From an uncultured Halobacteriales archaeon (lineage in GTDB: Archaea > Halobacteriota > Halobacteria > Halobacteriales > Haloarculaceae), in assembly GCA_964520075.1 (NCBI GenBank), contig CAZFMN010000002.1, forward strand, positions 7,253 to 71,252: a DNA stretch of 64,000 nt. The letters are read 5' to 3'. Numbering within the stretch: the first letter of the stretch is position 1; each line of letters opens with the position of its first letter. Positions 48,947-59,633 of this stretch are shown here, piece by piece. The notes beneath the pieces were generated by a model. That model did no database searches. It was given only the letters and a program-made list of their open reading frames with translations, and was not told the origin of the DNA. Made by a program: the position numbers and the translations under genes.

Positions 48947-49696
48947 GTGTGTACACTAACACTCGCGTGGCAGGTGTTTCCCGACGCACCGGTCGCACTC
49001 GGAGCAAACCGTGACGAACTGCTCGACAGACCGTCCGAACCGCCGGAACAGCGCGACTGGGAGGCGACAGTCGTCGCCCCGAAGGACACGAGAGCCGCGG
49101 GGACGTGGCTCGGCTACAACGAGCACGGTCTGCTCGTGACCATCACCAACCGCTGGGACGGCCGGGAGCGGGAGGATGCGCGCTCGCGCGGACTGCTCGT
49201 TCGCGACGCCTTGGCCTGCGAGAGCGCGGAGGCGGCGGTCCGGTTCGTCGAGCGCGAACTCGACGCCCGGACATACGAGGGGTTTCACCTGCTGGCGGCA
49301 GACAGCAACGCGGCACTGCTGGTCGAGTTCGACGGCGCGAAACGGGTGCGGACGCTGGGGCCGGGCGTACACGTCGTCGTCAACGTCGGGGTCGACGGGG
49401 AGTACGACATCCCGGCCTACCGCGAGGATGCCGGCAGACAGCAGGCCGAGAACGCCGAGGCCGTTCGCGTGGGGCTCCGTCCGGAACCCGGTGAGGACGC
49501 CGACGGCTGGCTGACACGCGCCGGTGAGGTGCTCGGCGACCACGAGTACGGTGTCTGTCTCCACGGGGACGGGTTCGGCACCCGCTCGTCCTCGCTGGTC
49601 CGACTGGGCGAGACGCCGCGGTTCGAGTACGCCGACGGCCCACCCTGCCGGACCGAATACCAGCGTGTGACCCCGTCCCCGTCGTTCCCGCCCTGA
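48947..49696 (+). CDS. NRDE/TANGO2 family protein
   Basis: Starts MCT; ANRDE, GTWLG, SRGLLV, GTRSSS motifs. Confidence 0.9.
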   Translation: MCTLTLAWQVFPDAPVALGANRDELLDRPSEPPEQRDWEATVVAPKDTRAAGTWLGYNEHGLLVTITNRWDGREREDARSRGLLVRDALACESAEAAVRFVERELDARTYEGFHLLAADSNAALLVEFDGAKRVRTLGPGVHVVVNVGVDGEYDIPAYREDAGRQQAENAEAVRVGLRPEPGEDADGWLTRAGEVLGDHEYGVCLHGDGFGTRSSSLVRLGETPRFEYADGPPCRTEYQRVTPSPSFPP

Positions 49697-49836
49697 GACA
49701 CGAATCCTCTCGGGGACGGACGGATTCGGGGTCATCACTCGCCCGCGGCCACACCCGTGCCGCGACCACCCGGCGAAGCTATCAACTGTAAAACTATTCG
49801 ACAGGATTAAGTGCGGCGAGTAGCTCGGTGAAAGTA

Positions 49837-50964
49837 ATGGCAGACGGTTCCGGCGGCGACATGCTCTCCTGGGACGAGTCGCTGTTCCGCGACGAGCGGG
49901 TGTTCGAGGTGGACTATCTTCCGGAGACGTTCAGACACAGGAGCAGCCAGATGGAGAGTCTGAAGTACGCGCTCAAGCCGGCGGTGCGGGGGTCCCGTCC
50001 GCTGAACGTCATGGCACAGGGGCCGCCCGGCACGGGAAAGACGACCGCCGTGCAGATTCTGTTCGACGAACTCCGCGCACAGACAGACGTGCGGGCGGTC
50101 CGGGTGAACTGCCAGGTGAACGCCACCCGGTACGCGGTGTTCTCGCGGCTGTTCGAGTGCGTGTTCGACTACGAGCCCCCGGCCTCGGGCATCTCGTTCA
50201 AGAAGCTGTTCTCGCAGGTGACCGACCGTCTCGTCGAGAACGACGAGGTGCTGGTGGTGGCGCTCGACGACGTGAACTACCTGTTCTACGAGTCGGCGGC
50301 CTCGGAGACGCTGTACTCGCTGTTGCGCGCCCACGAGGAACAGGGCGGGGCCCGTATCGGTGTCATCGTGGTCTCCTCGGATCTCGACCTGAACATCATC
50401 GAGGAGCTCGACGGGCGGGTCCAGAGTGTGTTCCGGCCCGAGGATATCTACTTCCCGAACTACGACGAGTCCGAGATCGTGGATATCCTGAGCGAGCGCG
50501 TCGACCGCGGGTTCCACGACGGTGTCGTCGACACGCGGGTGCTCGACCGGGTGGCGGCGCTCACCGCGGACCGGGGCGGCGACCTCCGGGTGGGGGTCGA
50601 CCTGCTGCGCCGGGCGGGGCTGAACGCCGAGCGACGCGCGAGCGACACCGTCGACCGCGAGGACGTCGAGGCGGCGTTCGAGACCTCGCGGTACATCCAC
50701 CTCTCGCGCCGGCTGGGCGGGCTGTCGGACTCCGAGCGGGCGCTCCTGGAGGTTGTCGCCCGCCACGAGGGCGAGCAGGCCGGTGCCGTCTACGAGGCGT
50801 TTCACGACCAGACCGGTCTCGGCTACACCCGGTACGCCGAGATGATAAACAAGCTCGACCGGCTGGGTATCCTCGACGCACAGTACGCGGATGTCGAGGG
50901 TCGGGGTCGCTCGCGCGAGCTCTCGCTCGAGTACGACACCGAGGCTGTGCTCGACCGGCTGTGA
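49837..50964 (+). CDS. cdc6: Orc1/Cdc6 family replication protein
   Basis: [21 protein letters not shown]-terminal wHTH ending GRGRSRE. Confidence 0.93.
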   Translation: MADGSGGDMLSWDESLFRDERVFEVDYLPETFRHRSSQMESLKYALKPAVRGSRPLNVMAQGPPGTGKTTAVQILFDELRAQTDVRAVRVNCQVNATRYAVFSRLFECVFDYEPPASGISFKKLFSQVTDRLVENDEVLVVALDDVNYLFYESAASETLYSLLRAHEEQGGARIGVIVVSSDLDLNIIEELDGRVQSVFRPEDIYFPNYDESEIVDILSERVDRGFHDGVVDTRVLDRVAALTADRGGDLRVGVDLLRRAGLNAERRASDTVDREDVEAAFETSRYIHLSRRLGGLSDSERALLEVVARHEGEQAGAVYEAFHDQTGLGYTRYAEMINKLDRLGILDAQYADVEGRGRSRELSLEYDTEAVLDRL

Positions 50965-51010
50965 GCGCGAGTCTACAACTATTTTACCCTCCCCCCACAG
51001 AGAGTCACGT

Positions 51011-51301
51011 ATGGGCAACAACGAGGGCCGACGGGACCTCCGGATGCCGGACGAGAACGAGCTGTTCGCGATTGTCGAGAACATGCTGGGCGCGAACCGC
51101 GTCCGTGTCAGATGTATGGACGGTGTCGAACGCACCGCACGCATCCCCGGCAAGATGCAAAAGCGCATCTGGATACGCGAGGACGATGTCGTGCTGGTCG
51201 AACCCTGGGACTGGCAGGACGAGAAAGGCGATATCACCTGGCGCTACGAGAAACAGGAGGCAGACCAGCTGCGCGAGGAGGGACACATTCAGGAACCGTG
51301 A
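51011..51301 (+). CDS. eif1a: Translation initiation factor aIF-1A
   Basis: [30 protein letters not shown]...WRY. Confidence 0.95.
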   Translation: MGNNEGRRDLRMPDENELFAIVENMLGANRVRVRCMDGVERTARIPGKMQKRIWIREDDVVLVEPWDWQDEKGDITWRYEKQEADQLREEGHIQEP

Positions 51302-51392
51302 GCGGCCCGACCCGGTCGCAACCGGCGCCGGGGCGTGTCGCCGGGACAGTCGGAGAACTGTGAGCCACGGCAGTTCGCGCCGGCGGAGAGCG

Positions 51393-53126
51393 CTACCGAT
51401 GCGCGAAGTACACGACGACCGGGTCCGTGTCGGGTGAATCGACGCGCGCGAACCCGACCCGCTCGAACTGGAGCATATCGTCCGGGTGGTACGCGCTCAC
51501 GCCGGGTTCGGCGTAGCCCGGCACGTCACCCTCGGGGGTGCGCAGACACACGGGAACACTCTCGCTGGCGGGCACCCAGTGGACGATGTCGACGCCCTCC
51601 TCGCGGGTCACCGACAGCGGCGCGTCGACGTGCTCGAAGGCCTCGCCCGTGTGGTGCACACACCCAAGGCCTTTCAGCCAGACACGGTCACCGGCCGGTG
51701 GCAGGTCCGCCGCCTCGACGAAGACGCCACCCTCGACCGGAATCTCGCGGCGGCCACGCTCCTCGAACTCGGGGTGGACCGGCGGCGTCCCGGTGTCGGG
51801 ACCGCCCTCGACCGGTCGCTCGACCGCACCGCCACCGTGGCTCCCGGCGTCCCGAACGAGGAACGCCCGGTCGGCGTCGGCGTCGATGCGCTCGCGGTTC
51901 TCCGCGTAGACCGACGACATCGCGAGGTCGACGTTCGTGGTGGACATCCCGAGTTCGGACATCGCGGCGACCAGCGCCTCCCCGCGGATGCCGCGCCGCC
52001 GGAGACTGGCGACTGTCGGCGCTCGCGGGTCGTCCCAGCCGTCGAGTTCACCGGTCTCGATTCGCTCCTGTATCGACGAGGTCGACATCGGCACGTCGTA
52101 GGCATCCACCTCGACGTGGCCCCAGTGGACCACCTCGGGGTACTCCCAGCCGAAGTAGTCGTAGACGAACGCCTGCCGCTTCGCCGAGTCCTGCAGGTCG
52201 ATGCCGCGGATGATGTGTGTCACACCGGTCAGGTGGTCGTCGACACCGCTCTGGAAATCCAGCATCGGCCAGCATCGGTAGCCGGCGGCCACCGGCCGCG
52301 GGTGCGGGGTGTCGACCATGCGGAACGCGACCCAGTCCCGTAGCGCCGGGTTGGGGTGCTCGATGTCGGTCCGCACGCGCAACACCATCTCGCCGGCGTC
52401 GTACCCGCCCTCTATCATCCGGTCGAACTCCTCGTGGACCTGTTCGGTCTCCTTGCCGCGGTGTGGACAGGCCTCGCCGGCGTTCTTTTGCTCGGAGAAC
52501 CTCGCACCCGGACACGAGCAGGTGTACGCGCCGCCGGCGTCGATCAGGCGCCGTCCGTGCTCGTAGTAGCTCTCCAGGCGGTCACTCGCCACGACCACGT
52601 CGTCCGGTTCGAACCCGAGGTACTCGATCGCGTCCAGGATGGCGTCGTAGGCATCGAGGTCGGGTCGCTTCGTCTCGGGGTCGGTGTCGTCGAACCGGCA
52701 GATAAACGAGCCGTCGTAGCGCTCGGCGTAGCGCCCGACGACGGCGGCCATCCGGGCGTGACCGATGTGCCACGGGCCGTTCGGGTTCGGCGCGACGCGC
52801 ATGCGCACCGCACCCGGTTCGGCGTTCGGCAGGTCCGGCAGTGCCCGCTCGTCGGCCTCCTCATCGGCGTCGAGTTCGGCGACCCGCTCCGGCGCGAGGT
52901 CCTCCAGACGGGCCCGGCGCTCGTCGGGGCTCATCTCGTTCACCTGCCCGACGACCGGCGCCACCGCGCCCGCGATCTCGTCGCCGTACTCGCGGAACTC
53001 GGGGTTCTCGCTCATCAGCGGCCCCAGTATCGCCCCGACCTGCGCCTCGCTGTCGTGTTTCACCGCGTTGTACAGCGCGTCGATCTCTGCCCGGCGCTCG
53101 ACGCGCTCGCGTACGTCCTCGTCCAT
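51393..53126 (-). CDS. gltX: Glutamate--tRNA ligase (archaeal type)
   Basis: APNPNGPWHIGH, RFDDTDP, THIIRG, QFERVGF. Confidence 0.96.
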   Translation of the reverse strand: MDEDVRERVERRAEIDALYNAVKHDSEAQVGAILGPLMSENPEFREYGDEIAGAVAPVVGQVNEMSPDERRARLEDLAPERVAELDADEEADERALPDLPNAEPGAVRMRVAPNPNGPWHIGHARMAAVVGRYAERYDGSFICRFDDTDPETKRPDLDAYDAILDAIEYLGFEPDDVVVASDRLESYYEHGRRLIDAGGAYTCSCPGARFSEQKNAGEACPHRGKETEQVHEEFDRMIEGGYDAGEMVLRVRTDIEHPNPALRDWVAFRMVDTPHPRPVAAGYRCWPMLDFQSGVDDHLTGVTHIIRGIDLQDSAKRQAFVYDYFGWEYPEVVHWGHVEVDAYDVPMSTSSIQERIETGELDGWDDPRAPTVASLRRRGIRGEALVAAMSELGMSTTNVDLAMSSVYAENRERIDADADRAFLVRDAGSHGGGAVERPVEGGPDTGTPPVHPEFEERGRREIPVEGGVFVEAADLPPAGDRVWLKGLGCVHHTGEAFEHVDAPLSVTREEGVDIVHWVPASESVPVCLRTPEGDVPGYAEPGVSAYHPDDMLQFERVGFARVDSPDTDPVVVYFAHR

Positions 53127-53252
53127 CACCCGACTGTGGTTGCCCCACGTTCAAAACTGAGTCGGTCTCCGCCGGTGGCCGACCGTGTCGGTTGGACCTG
53201 TCCTCGCTCTTCTCCCGGGCCGACAGCGCCGCAGGCGCCTGTGCGGGCGCTC

Positions 53253-54215
53253 TCAGACGAGCACGCGCTCCAGGTCGACGACCGTTCCCGAATCGCTGTC
53301 CGGGTCGCCGACGAGTCGCCCGAGACAGACCGCGGCCCCGTTGGGGGTGTCACAGGCCACCAGTTGCCCCTCGACAGCAACGGTGCCGTCGGATGTGTCG
53401 TCGGCCCCCTCGACGGCCTCGCCCGGTGTGCTGGCACGGGGGGGCCGGACATCGAGCACGCCGGGCGCGTAGACAGGTGCGCCCTCCGCAATCTCGCGGG
53501 CGGCACTCGGGGCGACAGTCACGTGTGGCAAGCCGACGAGCACCCGCTCCGCGGGGTCGACAATCTCCCGGAGCGGGCCAGGGTTGTCGTTCTCGGTCCA
53601 GAACGCGAGCGCGTCGACGAACGTCTCCATGCTCACCAGGTCGGTGTCGTCGAACCCGGCGGTCCCGGTCCGCCGGAGGTCCCCCATCTGTGCGCCGGTG
53701 CCAAGCGCCATCCCGAGGTCGTGACAGAGCTTCCGGATGTAGGTGCCCGACTCACAGCGGACCCGCAGGAGCACGCGACGGTCCCGGTGTTCCAGCACGT
53801 CGAGGTCGTACACCTCGCGGACGCGACGCCGTCGCTCGACCGCGCTCTTCCGGGGCGGGCGCTGGTAGAGTCGCCCCTCGAACTCGTCGACGACTGACAC
53901 GAGGTCCGACGGCGCGGGGCCGTGAAGCTCCAGCACGGCGACGTACTCCTTCGTGGCGTCGTCGAACACGCGGGCGAGACGGGCCGCCGGACCCAGCAAC
54001 ATCGGGAGTGACCCGGTCACCTTCGGGTCGAGTGTGCCCGCGTGTGCGATGCGCTCGACAGTCGGGTCCGCTCCGGCGTCGGCGAGCGCGTCGGCGGCGA
54101 GATCCCGGACCCATCCGGCGACCTGGTGGGCGGAGGGGCCGGGCGGCTTGTCGAGGTTGATGACCCCGAAGGCGAGCAGGTCGGCGGGCGACCGCCCGGC
54201 GGGGGGGCCACGCAT
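53253..54215 (-). CDS. cbf5: H/ACA pseudouridine synthase Cbf5
   Basis: LDKPPGP, HAGTLDPKVTG, CESGTYIRKL, PUA domain. Confidence 0.94.
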   Translation of the reverse strand: MRGPPAGRSPADLLAFGVINLDKPPGPSAHQVAGWVRDLAADALADAGADPTVERIAHAGTLDPKVTGSLPMLLGPAARLARVFDDATKEYVAVLELHGPAPSDLVSVVDEFEGRLYQRPPRKSAVERRRRVREVYDLDVLEHRDRRVLLRVRCESGTYIRKLCHDLGMALGTGAQMGDLRRTGTAGFDDTDLVSMETFVDALAFWTENDNPGPLREIVDPAERVLVGLPHVTVAPSAAREIAEGAPVYAPGVLDVRPPRASTPGEAVEGADDTSDGTVAVEGQLVACDTPNGAAVCLGRLVGDPDSDSGTVVDLERVLV

Positions 54216-54217
54216 CG

Positions 54218-54796
54218 TCAGAACTCGTAGGAGACGCCGGTTATCGTGTGTTTGCCCTCGTCGCCGTCGGGGGTGTAGGCGCTCACGGCCCCGAGCACGA
54301 GTTCGCGGAGCCCGTCGGGCGACCAGCGGGCGGTGTTCACTACCATGTCGTAGATGCTCAGGTCGTCGATGTCGACACCGTAGTACTCCCGGTAGCGGAG
54401 CGCCTCGCTCTCGGCGCGGGCCTCGGTCTCCTCGCGCGCGGTCGCGACGGGCTTGTCCTCGCGGTCGGCGATGCGCTCGGCCCGCACCGGGAGCGGGGCG
54501 TCGAGCCAGAGCCGGAGGTCGGCGTACTCGCCGGCCATCCAGCCCGCCAGCCGCGACTCCAGCACCGCCTGCTCCCGGTCACGGGCGAGCCCCCGGAGTC
54601 GACGGTCCAGGTCGCGGTCGATGCTGTCGTCGTCCTCGGCCCGGCGGTTGAGCTCCAGCGGCGTGAGCCCCCGCTCGCTCGCGATATCCCGGAACACGTC
54701 ACCCCCGGAGACGTGCTCGACACCGAGTTCATCGGCGAGCGACGCCGCGAGTGTGCTCTTCCCGCTCCCCGCCGGACCAGAGACCGTTATCAACAT
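54218..54796 (-). CDS. cmk: Cytidylate kinase
   Basis: [27 protein letters not shown]. Confidence 0.93.
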   Translation of the reverse strand: MLITVSGPAGSGKSTLAASLADELGVEHVSGGDVFRDIASERGLTPLELNRRAEDDDSIDRDLDRRLRGLARDREQAVLESRLAGWMAGEYADLRLWLDAPLPVRAERIADREDKPVATAREETEARAESEALRYREYYGVDIDDLSIYDMVVNTARWSPDGLRELVLGAVSAYTPDGDEGKHTITGVSYEF

Positions 54797-54879
54797 ACCG
54801 TACCTGTGTGTGTGAGGCTAAAAGACGTTGCCGTTGTGAGCCGACGGCGCCGCCCGTCGGGGCGTCGAGAGGCGACAGC

Positions 54880-56286
54880 TCAGAACGAGCCGCCGAGCAC
54901 CTTCGCGGCGGTCAGGATCGGGTCCCAGGTCGTGTTGAACGGGGGTGCGTACGCCAGGTCGTAGGTGGCGAGTTCCCCGACCGAGGTGCCCTCCGTGACG
55001 GCACCGACGAGTGCGTGACTGCGGTGGACCGCGCCCTCGCCGTACTCGGAGGTGAGCGCCCCGCCGAGCACACGCCGGGAGTCACGGTCGGCGACGAGTG
55101 TCACCTGCACCTCGCCACCCTCGGGGTAGTAACCGGCGCGTGACTTCGCGGTGATGGTCCGCGAGACGGGGTCGAACCCCGCCTCGTGGGCCTCCCCGAG
55201 CAGCAACCCCGTGCGGGCGGCCTCGACATCGAACGTCTTTACCGCGGCGGTTCCGGCGACTGGGCCCCCCTCGGTGGGTGTCCCGGCGACGGTCGCACCG
55301 ACCGCCCGACCGTGCCGGTTCGCGGTCAGCGCCAGCGGCACGTACGTCGGCTCACCCGTGACCGCGTGCTCGGCCTCCGCACAGTCACCCGCGGCGTACA
55401 CGTCGGGGGCGCTCGTCTCCCGGTACGCGTCGGTTGCGATAGCGCCGGTCGGCCCGAGTTCGAGGCCCGCGCTCTCGGCCAACTCTGTCCGCGGTCGGAC
55501 ACCCGTCCCGACGAGCGCCATCTCGACGGGGACCCGTTCGTCACCGGTCACGACCGCCTCGACGGCCTCACCGCCCGCGAGTCGCTCCACCCCCGAGCCG
55601 AGATACACCCGGACACCCTGCTCGCGGAGGTGTTCGAGCACCGTCTCCGCGACCTCGGTGCCGAACTGTGTCAGTATCTGCTCGCCCCGCTGGAACAGGT
55701 GGACCTCGAAGCTGTTCGCCGACAGCGCCTCTGCCATCTCGACGCCGATGTAACCGCCGCCGACGATTCCGACCGTGCCGGAACAGGACTCGAGATACCG
55801 GCAGGCCGGCCCGCTGTCCGGCTGGTCGAGCTCCCCCTCGGCGCGTGCCCGACCGACGTACTCCCGGAGCTCCTTCCCGTCGGACATCGACCCGAGCGTG
55901 TACACCCCCGCCCGGCCCATCCCCTCTATCGGTGGCTCGACCGCGGTCGCACCCGTCGCGACCAGCAGGTGGTCGTACGGCTGGACGACTGTCCCGCCCT
56001 CGCCGACTGCCGTCACCGTCCGCTCGCCGGTGTCCACCTCGACCACCTCGTGGCCGGTCCGCAGGTCGATACCCCGCTCCTCGCGGAACTGCTCGGGTGT
56101 CACCGAGACCAGGTCCTGCAGCGACTGTATCTCCCCCTTTACGTAGTACGGTAACCCGCACGCGCCGTAGGAGACCCACTCGCCTCGCTCGAACACGACG
56201 ACCTCCAGCTCGGGGTCGTCCCGCTTTGCCTTGCTCGCTGCTGACATCCCGGCGGCGTCACCGCCAACTACGACGAGCGTATCCAT
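54880..56286 (-). CDS. CoA-disulfide reductase / NADH oxidase family flavoprotein
   Basis: GGDAAG, SYGACGLPY redox Cys, GGGYIG, YAAGD, DLAYAPPF. Confidence 0.9.
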   Translation of the reverse strand: MDTLVVVGGDAAGMSAASKAKRDDPELEVVVFERGEWVSYGACGLPYYVKGEIQSLQDLVSVTPEQFREERGIDLRTGHEVVEVDTGERTVTAVGEGGTVVQPYDHLLVATGATAVEPPIEGMGRAGVYTLGSMSDGKELREYVGRARAEGELDQPDSGPACRYLESCSGTVGIVGGGYIGVEMAEALSANSFEVHLFQRGEQILTQFGTEVAETVLEHLREQGVRVYLGSGVERLAGGEAVEAVVTGDERVPVEMALVGTGVRPRTELAESAGLELGPTGAIATDAYRETSAPDVYAAGDCAEAEHAVTGEPTYVPLALTANRHGRAVGATVAGTPTEGGPVAGTAAVKTFDVEAARTGLLLGEAHEAGFDPVSRTITAKSRAGYYPEGGEVQVTLVADRDSRRVLGGALTSEYGEGAVHRSHALVGAVTEGTSVGELATYDLAYAPPFNTTWDPILTAAKVLGGSF

Positions 56287-56698
56287 GAACGAACCTCGGT
56301 AGCCACGGGTATAAATCCGGGCTGTCTCCGCACCGGAGCGACACGAGCGCGGACCCCGACAGCCGCGCTGACCCGGTCACTGCGTCCGACAGTGTCGGGT
56401 CCCCCCGTAGCTATATACGGGCACGTAGACCGTCAGAGCCGTACCGAGCGGTGTGTTCCGCCACAGAGAGCAACTAGTGGCGCTTATGTGGCTGGTCCGC
56501 GACCTGTCTGATGACGTGCGAGACAGTCCGACTGTGCTCGCGTCACAGCAAACCCAGTCGAGTTGAACCACTCCAGTCTCGTACAGACTGTGCGCACGTC
56601 CTGGCCTGGTACAGCCAGTCTCTGTCCGTCTCTCCATCCGATTTCCCCTTTTTGACCTTTCTCCGGGCTCACAGTTCCGCGCCCCTGTGCCCGCGGGG

Positions 56699-58063
56699 TC
56701 ACTCGTAGGGACCGAACTCGCGGCCGTACCGGACGAAGCAGGCCGTGCCGAGGAGTCCAATCGCGGTGGCGAGCGAGAACGCCAGTTCCGGGGACCCGGC
56801 CACCGACAGGTCGGTTCCCGGGACGGTGACCCCGCCGTAGAGCGCGCCACCCAGCGCCGCGCTCGGGACGACGACCGTGTTCCGGACCAGATAGTAGGAC
56901 CCGGCGACGCGCCCGCCGCTGTCCCGCTCGGCCGGGCCGACGATCAGCGCCTTGTGTGCCGGCAGACCGGCGAACCGGAGTCCAGAGAGGGCAAACAGCG
57001 CTATCAGCACGGCGGGGTTCGCCGGCGCGAACACGAGCAGGGCCGGAAAGACGGCGTACACCGAGAACCCGAGCGCGACGACGGGCTTGAGTCCGACCGA
57101 CTCGGCGAGACGGGCCGCGACGGGCATCGACACCAGGGCGACGACCATCTCGACTGCGAGCAGGAGTCCGAAAAACACCGTCGGCTCCAGCACGACCACG
57201 CCCAGGTCGAGTCCGACCGCGAGGAAGTCCGTGACCACGATGACGAAGAACACGTACACCATCCCGTTCGCGAAGCGCACGAGCGTGTCCGCGAGGAGGA
57301 GCGGGCGGAGTTCCGTCGGCAGTCCGCGGAGGTCGGCGAGCACCGTTTCGACACCGGCAAAGGAATCGCCGATGCTGGTGTCCTCGGCCCGGTAGTAACG
57401 GTGCTGGACGGCGGTAGCGACGAGACCGAACAGCACGGCCACGGCGAGGAGGACCCGGAACCCGGCGACGAACTCCGCGGCGACGAACAGCACACCGGCG
57501 GCGAGGAGCGGGCCGAACAGGAACGCCGTTCGGCGGAACACCTCGGTGCTGGCGAACCCGCGCGCCAGCCGCGATGGTGACACGGACTGCCTGACGATGG
57601 CGAACGTCGCACCGAGACCGAGCGACTTCCAGGCCTGTGCGAGCAGGAGGCCGACGAACAGCCAGAGCCACGACTCGACCCCGCTCACCGCGCCGAGGGC
57701 GGGCGCGAGCAGCCACACGAGAAAGCCCAGACTCGACACAAGTCCGAACAGCGTCAGGGAGAGCCGCGAGCCGAGACGGTCCGAGACGACCCCGCCCGGG
57801 TACGGGTAGACCGCGCCGACGACGTTCTGGACGGTCCCGAACAGCCCGATTACGAGCGCACCTGCCCCCAGCACCTCCATGTACTTGGGGATGTAGCGGG
57901 TCGTCATCTGGAACCCCAGGCTGAACGCGAACATCGCCACCGAGAGCACGAGCACGTCCCGTCGAAAGGAGAAGAACTGCCTGAACGGGTCGGCGACACC
58001 CGGTGTCTCGCCCCCGGTTTCGCCCTCGCCCTCGTTTGCTCTCTCAGCCCCTGTCTCGCTCAT
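56699..58063 (-). CDS. MFS transporter
   Basis: ~12 TM helices, GVVSDRLGSR motif A. Confidence 0.9.
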   Translation of the reverse strand: MSETGAERANEGEGETGGETPGVADPFRQFFSFRRDVLVLSVAMFAFSLGFQMTTRYIPKYMEVLGAGALVIGLFGTVQNVVGAVYPYPGGVVSDRLGSRLSLTLFGLVSSLGFLVWLLAPALGAVSGVESWLWLFVGLLLAQAWKSLGLGATFAIVRQSVSPSRLARGFASTEVFRRTAFLFGPLLAAGVLFVAAEFVAGFRVLLAVAVLFGLVATAVQHRYYRAEDTSIGDSFAGVETVLADLRGLPTELRPLLLADTLVRFANGMVYVFFVIVVTDFLAVGLDLGVVVLEPTVFFGLLLAVEMVVALVSMPVAARLAESVGLKPVVALGFSVYAVFPALLVFAPANPAVLIALFALSGLRFAGLPAHKALIVGPAERDSGGRVAGSYYLVRNTVVVPSAALGGALYGGVTVPGTDLSVAGSPELAFSLATAIGLLGTACFVRYGREFGPYE

Positions 58064-58234
58064 ATCTCTCTCCGGCCCGACCAGTGTACGCTCGCTCGCT
58101 CACCGCTCCCGGGCAGATTCTGGTCGTGGGTACGGTCGGGCCGAGCTAAACCCCTGTGGTGGTGACGGGACACGCCGCCCCGGTCTGGCGGTCGATGCGC
58201 CGGGGTTTTTGTCCGTGTCGTCCGAACGGTGCGT

Positions 58235-58909
58235 GTGACGACGTTCGACGCGGTGCTGTTCGACCTCGACGGGACGCTGTGTCGGCGCACACAGGACACC
58301 GGGCGGCTCTATCTGCGGGCGTTCGAGCGGGTCGGTGCGGAGCCGTTCGGCGACCCGGAGTCGCTGTGGGCGGCGGTGGACGGGCCGCCGGACCACGACG
58401 ACTGGGCGGGCTATCTCGGGGCCGGGTTCGCCCGGCTGGCGGCACAGCACGGCCGGACCGGGGTGGACCCGCTGGCGCTCGGGGCGGCGATGGCCGACCT
58501 CGTCGACGACAGTCAGGTCGCGATGCGGTCGGGTGCCCCGGCAGCGCTCACCAGCGCCGAGGCGGTCGGGCCGGTCGGTCTGGTGACGAACGGTCCGGAG
58601 CGGCGCCAGCGTGTCAAACTCGACGCGCTCGGCATCACCGACCGGTTCGACGCCCGCGTCTACGCGTTCGACCTCCCGCGGCGGAAACCCCACGCCGACC
58701 CGTTCGACCGCGCGCTGGCGACCCTCGACATCGGGCCCGGACGCGCACTGTACGTCGGAAACTCCCTGAAACACGATGTCGCGGGCGCGCAGAACGCCGG
58801 TCTCGCCGCTGCCTGGCTGGGAGACGGCGAGGACCCCGACCCCTACGACCCCGAGTACGTCCTCGACTCCGTCGCCGATGTCGCGTCGCTGCTCGCGGGT
58901 GACCGGTGA
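58235..58909 (+). CDS. HAD family hydrolase
   Basis: FDLDGTL, VTNG, KP, GNS..HD. Start GTG 58235 or 58229. Confidence 0.9.
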   Translation: MTTFDAVLFDLDGTLCRRTQDTGRLYLRAFERVGAEPFGDPESLWAAVDGPPDHDDWAGYLGAGFARLAAQHGRTGVDPLALGAAMADLVDDSQVAMRSGAPAALTSAEAVGPVGLVTNGPERRQRVKLDALGITDRFDARVYAFDLPRRKPHADPFDRALATLDIGPGRALYVGNSLKHDVAGAQNAGLAAAWLGDGEDPDPYDPEYVLDSVADVASLLAGDR

Positions 58910-59133
58910 GAGTCACCGCCGGATGGCCCGTTCCGGCGGGGAGACACCGCGGCGGTCACGGCCGGCGGTTCGGTGACCCGACAGTTGGGGTCCTCACACT
59001 GCTGGAAAAAACCCGCGCGGATTTTCGCCCGCCACCTGTGGAAATGCTGTTATCTGAGTCGGTATCACTCGAGCGTACCGAACCTGCCGGGTGTGGTGTT
59101 TCACTTTTCTATCGGGGGCGACAAACGGGTGGT

Positions 59134-59601
59134 ATGCACGAGCGCGCAGCAGCGTTCAAGCAGCGAGCGGAGGAGTCGTTCGGCATCGAGGTAGACGTCC
59201 ACGAGTTCCCCGAGGGGACGAGGACGGCAGCAGACGCCGCGGCGGTGGTGGGGTGTGACCTCGCACAGATCGCCAGTTCACTCGCCTTCGTCGCCGACCA
59301 GTTCGTCGTGAGCGTCACGAGCGGGGCGAACCGGGTGGACACGGGGAAACTCGCCGCGCTCCGGGGGGCAGACGGGGCACAGATGGCAGACCCCGACGAG
59401 GTGTCCGGCACGCTCGGCTGGTCTATCGGTGGGGTTCCGCCGTTCTGTCACGACACGCGGGTCCCGGTGTACCTCGACGAGACGCTGACCGACTACGACA
59501 CTGTGTGGGCCGCCGCGGGCACCCCCGAGGCCGTGTTCCCCATCCACCCCGACGACATCGTGGAACACGCCGACGCGACGGTCGTCGACATCGCGGAGTG
59601 A
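59134..59601 (+). CDS. YbaK/EbsC family (aminoacyl-tRNA editing domain) protein
   Basis: TRTAADAA, GANRVD, GWSIGGVPPF, WAAAGTP. Confidence 0.9.
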   Translation: MHERAAAFKQRAEESFGIEVDVHEFPEGTRTAADAAAVVGCDLAQIASSLAFVADQFVVSVTSGANRVDTGKLAALRGADGAQMADPDEVSGTLGWSIGGVPPFCHDTRVPVYLDETLTDYDTVWAAAGTPEAVFPIHPDDIVEHADATVVDIAE

Positions 59602-59633
59602 GTCGCGCCGCAGGTTGCGGGCGTTCGCGCCGC

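Noticed and set aside
49697-49836. Replication origin upstream of cdc6
   Set aside because: Only ~140 bp, with no paired ORB/G-string elements and no substantial AT-rich unwinding region.
56508-56530. CTGATGA as a hammerhead core or C box
   Set aside because: No correctly placed GAAA or stems for a hammerhead; no convincing C/D box pairing.
58073-58143. 10-bp inverted repeat CGGCCCGACC...GGTCGGGCCG as a MITE
   Set aside because: No target-site duplication or second copy seen; GC-rich inverted repeats of this length arise by chance.
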